In this document: in pieces, positions 53,257 through 64,000 of the stretch | Layout: every line of letters begins with the position of its first letter | How positions within the stretch are numbered: the first letter of the stretch is position 1 | Source: Octopus sinensis | Taxonomy: Eukaryota | Reading direction: 5' to 3' | Length of the DNA: 64,000 nucleotides | NCBI RefSeq assembly: GCF_006345805.1 | Contig: NC_043021.1 | Location: 18,104,001-18,168,000, forward strand | Notes under the pieces: model-generated | The model's database searches: none | What the model was told of the DNA's origin: nothing | The model's input: only the letters and a program-made list of their open reading frames with translations | Program-made: the position numbers and the translations under genes

Positions 53257-55280
53257 GGGGGCTTTGAGTAAAAGGAAATACAGGAGGATCAGTTAATGAT
53301 GATTTTATCCAACATGTTCCCCTCCCAGATTAATACACTTGTTGCAGTGGTCCTTCAGTTTTTCTAAGCCCTATAAAAGAACTCAGAAGGTTGGGCCTCC
53401 AACCTGGCCTTTCGTGATACCCTTAAAGCCAGGAACTTTTCAGCACCCCTTTGTGTGTGTGTGTGTGTGTGCATGCGCTCGTGCACACACACTGATGACA
53501 AACGAGCATGTGGCTCTACATCAACTCTCTTGAAACAGGTGAGCCCCAACCCTGTTGAAATTGTGGTTCTTCAGTTGTCAAACAAACATGGTTGTTGATG
53601 TCTCTAGAGTTACAACCCAATGGTTATTTTAGGGGCGAAGTATATATTTAGGTAAATTGTTTGTATGACGGCTTTCTCCCCCCCCCCCCTCCCCACTCTT
53701 CTATTGAATGGAATTCTTAAGTAAGCACAGAAGCTAGTTTAAAGTTCAGAGCTTGTTGATGTAACAAGGTAAGAGAGCAAATAACGATGGTGATGTAGTT
53801 GTTGATGGTGGTAGAAGTGATGGAGGTGATGAAAGAAGCGCATTTCCCAGAAAGAAATACAAAAGAGAGAGAGAGAGAGGGATTTCGTGTGTTGTTGAAA
53901 TATAATTAGGGAGCTTCTTTAATCAGTACACCTGGAGATTACTTGCAGAGAGAAGATGAAAGGAGAAGATAAACCAGTTGACTATAATTACATAGAATTA
54001 ACAAAATTCATATCCTCCCCTCTCGACTTAATCTATCTCCCACATGGTCCCTTTCTCTTCTGGCTGCTGTCGGCTTTAATTGCTTCCAATGACATATGAA
54101 AATGCTTTATGATTAACAAAATATCATCATGGTGATTTGAATAGCATCATCAAGAACAAAAACAAAAGACAAGGAAAAAAAAAAAACAATGGGGGGGGGA
54201 GGGTTCTCATGGTGTCTCTGATATTATTTCATTCAGAGTTGCTGAAGGCAATCTGTTAAAGAAAGTAGCATCTCTAAAGTAAAACTGAAGCATTATCAAA
54301 TCGAGAGAGCATCCGTGAGAGTCAAGGAGAACAATCTCTGTCAGAGCTGATGTTACAGAAAACGTATTGATATGGTTTATTGCAGTATATCAAACCCAGA
54401 AGGTTATTCTGGTTTAGAGTATTTGAAAAACATTTTACTGAACAGAACTCTGATATTTACAAATACAGTGTCGTATAGACTTACTTAGTTGTTGCTATGA
54501 CATTGTAATAATTAGGATAATTGGTTTTACCTTCACTAATCATCTATTACTGTCTAATAGCTTGAATCATTTGACATGTCAGATAAGCAGTTTGCCTTCT
54601 CTAAGCAAGAATATTGTTATTATTGAGTTCATGTGTCAGGTTATGTCATAGATAAGATAGCTATATGTACAGCACTTTGTATCTGCTATGCTTCTGTTTG
54701 CTCTATTACACAGAGTAAATTTTGCGTAGATCTGTGTAGATTTGTAGTCAGTTGAACTGTGATATAATTGAAGTGTGATCTTGTTAAAAATATTGTCTGT
54801 TTTCTCACTATTAACTTTCTCCTGTAAAGATGAAAAACATTACCAAATGTAAATCTGAAGTTCAAATTCCATTGAGGATGACTTCCCCTTTCATCCTTTC
54901 GGGGGTCAATAAAAAAAGGACCAGTTCAGCATTGGGTTTATTACCAGATGCCTGGTAATAAAGTAATATGGAGGAAGGGTAGCATCTCAAATAATATATG
55001 TGTGTTGAAATATTTCATTGTTGTTTTGATTTAAGGTTCCTTCTGTAATTAGCACAGTCACTAATTACTGCAAACAATCCCCATTCCTCTCTTATGAGCC
55101 AAACAGGAAGCCTGCGTATCCACTAGACTTGCTAAGAACAGCTGTCAAGTTTTCCTCAAATCACATCTTATTGCCTTTATAAAAAAAGGGAAGGACATTA
55201 AATCATATAGTCCTAGGTACACTATGTCGGGGTGGAGAAGAAAGGACAAGCTGGTCACAGTTTAATAATATCTGCTAGAT
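51661..55280. repeat. Long inverted duplication: arms 51661-51995 and 54958-55280
   Basis: The arms are reverse complements at ~95% identity by eye, with two small indels; the inner ~110 bp appear identical. Confidence 0.95.
53252..53453 (-). mobile_element. Mariner-derived MITE
   Basis: Terminal acaaggggtgctgaaaagttcc on the minus strand and a degenerate mate, with a residual transposase C-terminus. Confidence 0.6.
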
Positions 55281-55866
55281 TATATCATTGGATTTCCTCC
55301 TAAAATTAGAAAGGAAAAGGTATATAAATTTACATAAAACTAGCACAGTGTAGGGAGGGGTCTTTAGTTTAGCAAATAACTTCTTTAGGGATGCTTGCAT
55401 GATAAAATACACGCTGGTTGGTGATGGGAATTAAAAAGAAAGAAGAAAGGAAACTGAAGAGATGTGGTCTCTGTAATGCACAGTTCAAGTAACTCATCTA
55501 GGGGAAGAGTAACTCTGAATAAAAATTGATACGAGTAGAGGGGACACTTTAGTTCTGGCATATGTACTCTCAAGTGATTGCTCTGAATTCATATTGTAAA
55601 GTGGTTGGCAATTGGAAGGACATCAAACCATAAGAATGGTCCAAATATGTATCACAATACACAACAGTAAACATTGGTGGTTTTTACTGTTGTTGTGTGT
55701 GTCAGTGACAAGATCTCTGTACTGGAACAAACCTATCACCCATATGAGTATAGAGAAACAGTGACAACAGTGATGATTAATTATAACATTTACACTCTAA
55801 ATTTCATGTGGTTTGACCTGTGGATGGCCATCAGATGCCTTATTCCTGAATAGATCTTTCTTTCTT

Positions 55867-56085
55867 TTAGGTGCCATGTCCAGAATGTAGGACATAAACG
55901 ATCATATCCTGCCACAATCCTCTGTTCTTTGTTCTCTGTAACAGTTCCACTTCCCCATGTTTAATGCCTCTTTCTTCCAACCAGTTCATCAATCTTAGCA
56001 TCCATACCATCTTTCTCTTTCCTCCGCTTCTCTTCCTTTCAGTCTCTCTGGTTGTAGCTAAATTCTTCAGGCCCTTATTTTCCAA
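55867..56085 (-). mobile_element. RTE/BovB-like LINE ORF 3' end
   Basis: ERKRSGGKRKMVW...RTKNRGLWQDMIVYVLHSGHGT* resembles the RTE C-terminus (EGKRxRGRxRxxW ... DRxxWR ... GHGT). Confidence 0.7.
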
Positions 56086-57524
56086 ATAGATACATAATTC
56101 ATTTCTTAAATAGATACAATATTAACCTGACTTAAAGAATAAAGATTCCTAGTGTGGCAGTTTCTGCGTGGTACTATGCAAATCTAAAAATAATGCTGAT
56201 TGGATATCAATTCACTTGAAACCTGTTTAAAAAAAAAAGTTATTATCTTTAATGTTGGAGGTTAATAGACTGAGGAAATATCATGATTCATGACTTTCAA
56301 TTATGTTTTTATGGCCAAGCACCACTGGTACTTGATATAAATACAGGAGATGCCTGGCTAAAGATCTATCATGTGTCAATGCTAAAAACATTGAAAGAGG
56401 TAATTATGGATAAGCAATGAGAGGGAAAATATGATAGTTGTCAATGAAAATAAGTTCAAACATATTTTGGTCTTATTCTGACCTCTTTAGGGAAGCTCGT
56501 ACTTGTCAAAATAATGATGAAAGAATTAATATTATGCAAGATTATTTTTACATTTAAACCAAAACATGCTTTGTCTTATATCCTTACTAAAAATATCAAA
56601 ATATTAGTTTGACTAAATTTTCTAATCTCTTCCCTCATAATTATTTTAATGCTTACTGTATTAAATCACTTAACACACTAACTTAACTATTATTTTCCAA
56701 TTGAATAAACAATTCAGTTTTCTTTTCTATATTAATGATTGTACAGTCTTTGTGCTGGAATGGGTTTGCTAGGTCTGCTTTGCATAATATTACCAATTGT
56801 CTGTAGGCAAAGGAAAAGGAAACACTTAAACTAATAAAATACTTCAAAATCATTAATTAAAATATCTACATGTAATAAATGACATTGGTTTTATTTGTAA
56901 TTAACATTATGTTAACTTCAAAGTAGTTTTTGTCTGTCTTTGATGTTGTTGTCACTAATTAAACAACAACTACAATAACAACAACATAAGCATATAAAAT
57001 GTCTCTGTTGCTGAACTTGATGTATTTTATGTTCCATATTTAAACTTGGATTGCTAAAACATCTGTTATTTGCATTCTTTGGTGGTGTTCTTATTTTTAT
57101 ACACTACTGCCACCGTCACTGATATTACAACTACTTCTACAACTACCGTACATACCACTACTACCATTATTACTACTCCAGCTATGACTGCTATGCCTAC
57201 GACCTCCATGGGCGATGGTGGCACAACTAGTAATATCACAGGCATTTCCACTAATAATAACACCCTCATTAAAACCACTGGCTACCATGGTCATCACCAC
57301 TACTATAACCACTTCTATAAGTACCACCACCATCACTAGAAGGTGTATGTGTGGCTATGTGGTTAAGAACTTCACTTTGCAGCTACATGGCTTTGGTTCA
57401 ATCTCACTGTACATCTCTTTGGGTATGTCTTTTGCCATAGCCTCAAAGTCTTGTGACTGAGATTTGAAAGATGGAAACTGTGTGGAATCTCATTAAGAAG
57501 ATCTTTCCTGTTTCTAGGTGGCAG

Positions 57525-57870
57525 ACTTAGCATAACGGTATCTGATCATAACACAATGATGTCATGTATTAGCACCCTGGTATCTGATCATAGCACAATG
57601 ATGTTATATCTTAGCATACTGGTGTCTGATCATAGCACAGTAGTGTTTTCTTATAGAGCAGTGGGGTCGTGTCTTAGCATAGTGGTGTCATGTCATAGCA
57701 CACTGGTATCTGATCATAGTTTAGCAGTGTCCTAGGTTAGCATGCTGGAGTCTTATCATAGCACACTAGTGTCTTATCTTGACATACAGGTGACCTATCT
57801 TAACACAATGGTGTTGTATCTTAACACAACTATGTTGTACCTTAACACAATGGTGTTATCTTAGCACAGT
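57525..57870. repeat. Minisatellite, ~21-bp unit (cttagcacaatggtgtcttat-like)
   Basis: Recurrent tagcac / tggtgt / ctgatcatagc units. Confidence 0.7.
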
Positions 57871-58461
57871 ATTACTTGAGATATACTAATGTTACATCTC
57901 AGAAAATTTATCTTCCATCCACTTACCATAGCAAAGAAGGCAGCTAAGCAATGGCCAAAGAAACATTTCTTGAGATTAGGTAATATTTACACACATTTGC
58001 CCATCTTTTAGCTAGATTTCAATGGTTCTGTTAGACACCAATAATGACACATCTAAAGGCAAAAACTTGCTTGGTAAAAAAAAAAGAAAAGGGTGCAAAA
58101 ATTAAAAACTTTTTCTGAAAAATTGACACAAATTTTTGAGGGGAAAAAGGAGATGCTCTGTTGGTTTATTTTTTGTATGTATTTTTTAAATTTTCTTTTT
58201 TTTTCTTTTGTATCCTATTTAAAAGTTTATTGCATTATTTTTCTTAAAATAGTCATTTATTTAGGACAACATATGGTTGACTCACTAATGTTCCAAAAGT
58301 AAAACTGACCCCCCTCTTTTCACACCATTACCATACTGTCGGCACTACCCCTCCCAAATTTACAAAAATATCCTGCCAGTGGGGGTTATTCTGCAAAGGA
58401 AATATTTGAAATTTGATACTGAGTGCGATGAACACTTTGGTAACACTCTGGTTTGTTACCA

Positions 58462-58495
<34 letters not shown>

Positions 58496-58671
58496 ACAGA
58501 ATTATCCTTCAGTTTACATGGTAGATTGGTCCTGTGAGTTATGGTACATATTGAAATCATGTAAAATGTGGCAAATATGCTGCTAACAATATTTCTAATA
58601 AAACACAAAATTCACACAACTCTTCATTGAAATGGGTATAATAAATACAATTATATGTGTGCCTATATAGA

Positions 58672-58740
<69 letters not shown>

Positions 58741-58941
58741 TCATTTGGTGTCTGCTTTTGATGCTGGCATGGGTTAGATGGTTTGACAAATTGGAGAGCT
58801 GCACCAGGTTCCAATCTGATTTGGCATAATTTCTACAGCTGGATGCCCTTCCTAACACCAGCCACTCCAAGAGTGTAATGGGTGCTTTTTACATGTCACT
58901 GGCATGGGTACAAGTTACATGTCATTGGCATTGGCCATAAC

Positions 58942-59046
58942 TATTGGGTCATCTCATAAACAATGCAGTTTTTTCAATTTCTTGAACTAAAAGTCGGAGG
59001 GGGACGGGATAAACTACCTGCATCAACTTGCTATAAAAGCAGGTAG
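58942..59046 (+). mobile_element. 5' terminal fragment of the mariner family at 6496
   Basis: TAttgggtcatctcataaacaatgcag TIR followed by acgggataaa..acttgctataaaagc, which also occurs at 6505-6545. Confidence 0.75.
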
Positions 59047-61640
59047 ATATGGCCAGTTTGAATGCTAAAAGGTTAAGCATGAAGTTTGTGTCATAGAACC
59101 AGAGGCAATCTTGGGTGGCTGTGTGGCTTAGTATCAAAATAGTTTGAGAGAAACTGATTTTATTGATATTTGAATCTCATTATTCATTTGTGATTATATT
59201 TAACAAAATCTAAAGGCAATTATAAGTGTTTGTTTAGAGCAGGGGTTCTCAATCATTTTTTATTTATGGATCCCTTTGATTACTATTTTTCTCTGGTGGA
59301 ACCCCATAGCCACTTGATGTATAAAAGCTAGTTTTATAGAAACTTCCATCAAAATTCCTATTTAGTCTTTCACACATTAACTTTTGTAGGTTGACATATG
59401 TAAAATGTTTGAGAATGAAACCTAGTCGTTTCTTGCTATACATACCGATACATACATTTACATAAGCAGGACCATTAGGTCATTTCTATTTCTTTTCATT
59501 ATTTTATTTCCACCTCATGTCTTCAATACTGATGTAAACTATGCTTTAAACCAGTGGTTCTCGACCAGGGTCCACATAAGATTTTTGGGGGTCCATGAGA
59601 CAGTGGATGTGGGCATTAGGTTGGTGAAGGGTTAGTAGTGTGAGAGGTTCGAGAGAGTGATAGTCAAAGAAGGTTGATTCGTAGGAGGTGCAGTGTGCCA
59701 CCTCATGTTATAGATAGGTGGGTAGAGCAATGTGTGAAGGTGTGACAAGATGATGATGGTGGTGATGATGATGATGATGAGGAAGAGCATATCCTGAAGT
59801 TAACATGTCCAAGAGAGCATGGCCTCAGAAAAATTAGAGCAGGGTGAGAATAGGGGGTGCTAGAATGCAGTTCCCTTTTCTCCTGATTCTTGTATCATGA
59901 TTCAGAAGGATAGAAATTGTAAAGAATACCTTGATACGAGTGATGGAAATAGGAGGAGGAGGAGGAGGAGGAGGGGGATATTCAATATACATAAATGGAT
60001 GCTTTCCAACAAGTTACAAGTGTTATGTTACAATGAAGAAGAGAAGGGCTGATGATGGGGATAAGAGGATTTAGAATAGGTACTGCAGGTAGGAGAAGAG
60101 ATGGCAAGAAAATGTGAGGGTATAGAGTAGGAAATAGGGGGAAGCGTGTACTGAGTAACAGGCAGGTGTAGATGCAGGTACCATTTCACTATTTTTAAAT
60201 GGGTATTTCTCCAAGCTTTCTTAGATCAGGCCTTATGTGTGTATATAACATATGTGTTCATGCATGCACGCACTCACACACACAGAAACATGGTTATGTG
60301 GTTAAGAAGTTTGCATTGCAACCACTTGGTTTGGGATCAATCCCATTGGATGGTACCTTGGGAATGTCGTTTTTACTGTAGCTCTGAGCTGGCCGAAACC
60401 GGTTGAGTGAATTTAGTAGGAAGAAACTGAAAGTATTTCAATACATACATGCATATACACACACACACATGCATACATATATTCATTCATCCTTACATAC
60501 CTACATACATATATATCATCATCATCCTCATCATTTAATGTCCGTTGTCCATGTTGGCATGAATTTGACCAGAGCTGGCAAGCTGGAAGGCTGCACCAGA
60601 CTCCAGTCTGATTTGGCATGGTTTTCTACAGCTGGATGCCCTTCCCATCACCAACCACTCCGAGAGTGTAACAGGTGCTTTTATGTGCCACTGGCACAGG
60701 TGCCATTTGCATCACACCAGTATCTGCCACAACTGCAATTTTTCTCAGCTTGATGGGTCTTTTTCCCATGCACATCATAATTCCAAAGGTCTCAGTCATT
60801 GCCTCCGTGAGGCCCAACACTCCAAAAGAACTCAACCACTTTGCCTCTGTGAGGCCCAATGCCCGAACGGAACATCTTTATTATTGAGCAGCCTCTTAGA
60901 TGTTTTTATACATTGCTGGTCATAATGTGCTTCTATTTTCTCCTGAGGCTGCACTACCCTCTTTCCATGTGGTCTCTTCCAATCTCTTGCATACTGCCTG
61001 ACAACTACACAGGTCCACCTTTTTCTTTACCTGAGCCTTACACCATGTTCAATACAACAGAAAATAGTGTTTTCGATATTCTGCAATTACATAATTACTC
61101 CACTCCTTTCTTCAATTGTCTCCTTTTGGTTATGCTCCTGCAATGATATTCTTCGCATGGATCTCTCCATAGTCGTCTGTGTTGTACCAGTTGCTGTTAC
61201 ATTTATAATAAATTGTGTGTGTGTGTGTGTGTGTGTTCACTCCTGCATTCCATCACTCATGAAAATGGCCCCAAGGTACTTGAACTTCTCCACATGCACA
61301 ACTGGGTTGGAAATGGTGTTAGAACTGGCAGATGCTGGATCATCATCATTGTTCAACATCTGGTCTCCATGCTGGCATGGGTGGGATGGTTTGACATGGA
61401 GCTGGTTAGCAGGGAGCTGCTTGGACTCCAACTGTTTGTTGTGTCATTGTTTCTATGGCTGGATGCCCTTTCTAACACCAACCACTTAACAGATTGTGCT
61501 GGGTGTTTATGCAGCACTGGCATGTGTGCATTAATGCAACAGCCTCATGAGGGCTTTTTAAGTGGTACCAGCACCTGAAAGGACAAGCCTGTATGTATGG
61601 AAGACAGTGATCAATCTTCTGGAATTTACAGAGGGCATGG

Positions 61641-61852
61641 TAGCACACCGGGTGAAATGCGTAGCTGTATTTCATCTGCCATTACGTTCTGAGTTCAAAT
61701 TCCGCCGAGGTTGACTTTGCCTTTCATCCTTTCGGGGTCGATTAAATAAGTACCAGTTATGCACTGGGGTCGATATAATCGACTTAATTCGTGTGTCTGT
61801 CCTTGTTTGTCCTCTCTGTGTTTAGCCCCTTGTGGATAGTAAAGAAATAGGT
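61641..61852 (+). mobile_element. tRNA-derived SINE family A
   Basis: Near-identical to 35655-35875. Confidence 0.85.
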
Positions 61853-61859
61853 ATACTTC

Positions 61860-62120
61860 ATGGCTTGTCAGAAGGTGATCTCTCACATGCATTTGATAGG
61901 TTTCGCAGCCAAGCGCTGTTCAACAGGAGCAATAAAAATCAGTGCTGCAAAGTCTGAGTCACTCGTCCTCTCTGGGAAGCTAGTGCAACGAATAATGTTA
62001 TTCGTGAAGACTAGAGCAAATTATGTAAGTCTTTAAATGAAGTTGTCATATCAGTGGTGCAGTGGATACAGGATCAAAATACACGAGAGGATGAACTGTT
62101 GACCCGTCCAATCCTTGATA
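61860..62120 (+). pseudogene. RTE-type LINE RT fragment
   Basis: DLSHAFDRF/AAK...KISAAKSESLVLSGK resembles the post-YADD RTE segment. Another fragment (VEKFKYLGAIF) lies on the minus strand at ~61240-61300. Confidence 0.55.
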
Positions 62121-62527
62121 ATTGATATGAACAGGAAGAGGCTAATAGTCATTGGTTCGAAGATGCTGGTGATGTATATGTCTACATCTATCATATATAC
62201 ACAGGCACTTGTCATCCCTATGCCTTCCAGAGTAATGTCACGACTTCTCTAGCAGGGTTATCTTTTCTTTAATTTCATTTCCTCAAGTGATCATTATGTA
62301 CATGTTATCCCAACTCCCAACCCCAACCCCACACCTGCACACACACTATCATCATCATTATCATCAACATAAAGCAAGGAAGGAATACTAAAGAAAACAT
62401 AAGTCATACTTGTAAAGTTGTTGAAATACCATGGGAAGGATAAAGATTACAAATACTCGCTCATGCGCGCACACAGACAGACAGACACACAGACAGACAG
62501 ACACACACACACACACACAGACAGACA

Positions 62528-62570
<43 letters not shown>

Positions 62571-63705
62571 ACACACCTAAAAAAACAAGGGAGCAGGCAA
62601 ATTCATGGAGAATTGAAAAAGGTCATACATTTTATTTGTTTATTGAAGTATTATCTCACTACTACTACTACTACTACTACTACTTCTGTTGGTGGTGGTG
62701 GTGGTGTTTCTTATAAGTGTCCTCCCTCAGTGGAAGTAATTATAGTTAGTTAAAAAGTTTTTGCAATTTGACTTTGATGAAGAAAACAGAAAAGGGAGAG
62801 ACGTGTGTGTATGTTTGTGTGTGTGTGTGTGGTACTAGATATATGGTGGTGTGGTGGTGGTGGTGGTGATGGTTCTAGCAGAGCTGTTCGGCTCTGTTGG
62901 CTTTGATTTCTTACTAAAGATGACATAAAATCATGGAATTGTTGATTTACTTAGAGAGAGAGAAGTAAGAAAATAAGGGAGATATTAGAGAGAGAGAGAG
63001 AGAGAAGAAAATAAGGGAGATATTAGAGAGAGTGAGAGTTAAGAAGCAATGAGAATAGAAAGAGAAGTAGACTTTATGCAATGAAAACATTCTATCTTTT
63101 TTAGTATGTTTTTTTCTTTTGGGTTCTTGCATGCATGTGTGTATGTGTGTGCTTCTGTGTATGTATAAATATATGCATGTATATATTTTATCTTTATCTT
63201 TTGATTACTCAGATTGTTTCTTTAGAAAAGAAACTGGTTCCTGGCAATGTGATTTGGTTAACAAAAATGATAAAATGTTACGTCAAACTTTAGAAAAGTC
63301 TTACATATCTTTACTGTACCACTTTTGTAAAGTGTGAGTTAGTCACCTAGTTTGCCTGAAAATCCCTGGTTTTCAAGTCAAGATTGGTGCCAGGTACACC
63401 AATATGTATTATAAACTGAATTTATAATCTGAATAAGGAAGCTATAGGTTTCTTGAAGGCAGCTATCTGTAAACATTGTCTTCTTCACTGAATTTGAATA
63501 AAATGCTCATATCTGCTGGGTAGCTGACCCCTATGACCGTACATAATTTTTCTTTTCTGTCCCTTACAATTATATCAGGTTATTTATTTATTTGTTTGCA
63601 TTTGGCAGAAGTGTTAATGAGAATATTTCTTGTGCTCTCTCTCACACACACACACCAATATTCCTTTTATTCAAACACACACACATACACACATGCATGC
63701 ACATA

Positions 63706-64000
63706 CTCTTTACTCTTTTACTTGTTTCAGTCATTTGACTGCGGCCATGCTGGAGCACCACCTTTAGTCGAGCAATTCGACCCCAGGACTTATTCTTTGT
63801 AAGCCCAGTACTTATTCTATCGGTCTCTTTTGCCGAACCGCTAAGTGACGGGGACATAAACACACCAGCATCGGTTGTCAAGCAATGCTAGGGGGACAAA
63901 CACAGACACACAAACACATACACACACATACATATATATACATACATATATACGACAGGCTTCTTTCAGTTTCCGTCTACCAAATCCACTCACAAGGCAT
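63706..64000 (-). mobile_element. SINE family B (runs off the window end)
   Basis: Near-identical to the 38161 copy. Confidence 0.85.

Noticed and set aside
57070-57339. Signal-peptide plus Thr-rich mucin-like ORF (89 aa)
   Set aside because: Non-ATG start, built from degenerate (ACT/ACC)n repeats like many others in the window, and no splice or polyA support.
57525-57870. Regularly spaced repeats suggestive of a CRISPR-like array (also 30070-30620)
   Set aside because: Degenerate tandem units without unique spacers, eukaryotic context, no cas genes.
63579-63640. YLFICLHLAEVLMR resembling human YVALCFGEVRIR
   Set aside because: The acceptor gives phase 1 rather than phase 2, there is no good donor, and it runs into a microsatellite and SINE.

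Overview
AT-rich, CpG-depleted eukaryotic DNA packed with microsatellites and transposon debris. The repeat landscape looks like a coleoid cephalopod, most likely Octopus; this is inferred from recalled repeat motifs, not from a search. The window is almost entirely intronic. Only two small + strand coding exons are supportable (24723-24849 and 36208-36260). Spliced in frame, they give the N-terminal region of BLTP2/KIAA0100/hobbit, a bridge-like lipid transfer protein. The rest comprises tRNA-derived SINEs, RTE-LINE 3' ends, non-autonomous Helitrons, mariner/Tc1 relics, a Sola2-like relic, hAT and piggyBac-type MITEs, and an internally deleted Gypsy LTR element. Nearly all ORF-track entries are repeat artefacts. 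The most interesting unexplained signals are a type I hammerhead ribozyme motif (587-661, minus strand), a ~330 bp ~95% identical local inverted duplication with a junction hairpin (51661-55280), a 33-bp fold-back hairpin at a LINE truncation (19561-19635), and a CpG-rich patch with splice donors upstream of the second exon. I found no clear evidence of a new multi-gene system. All alignments were done by eye.
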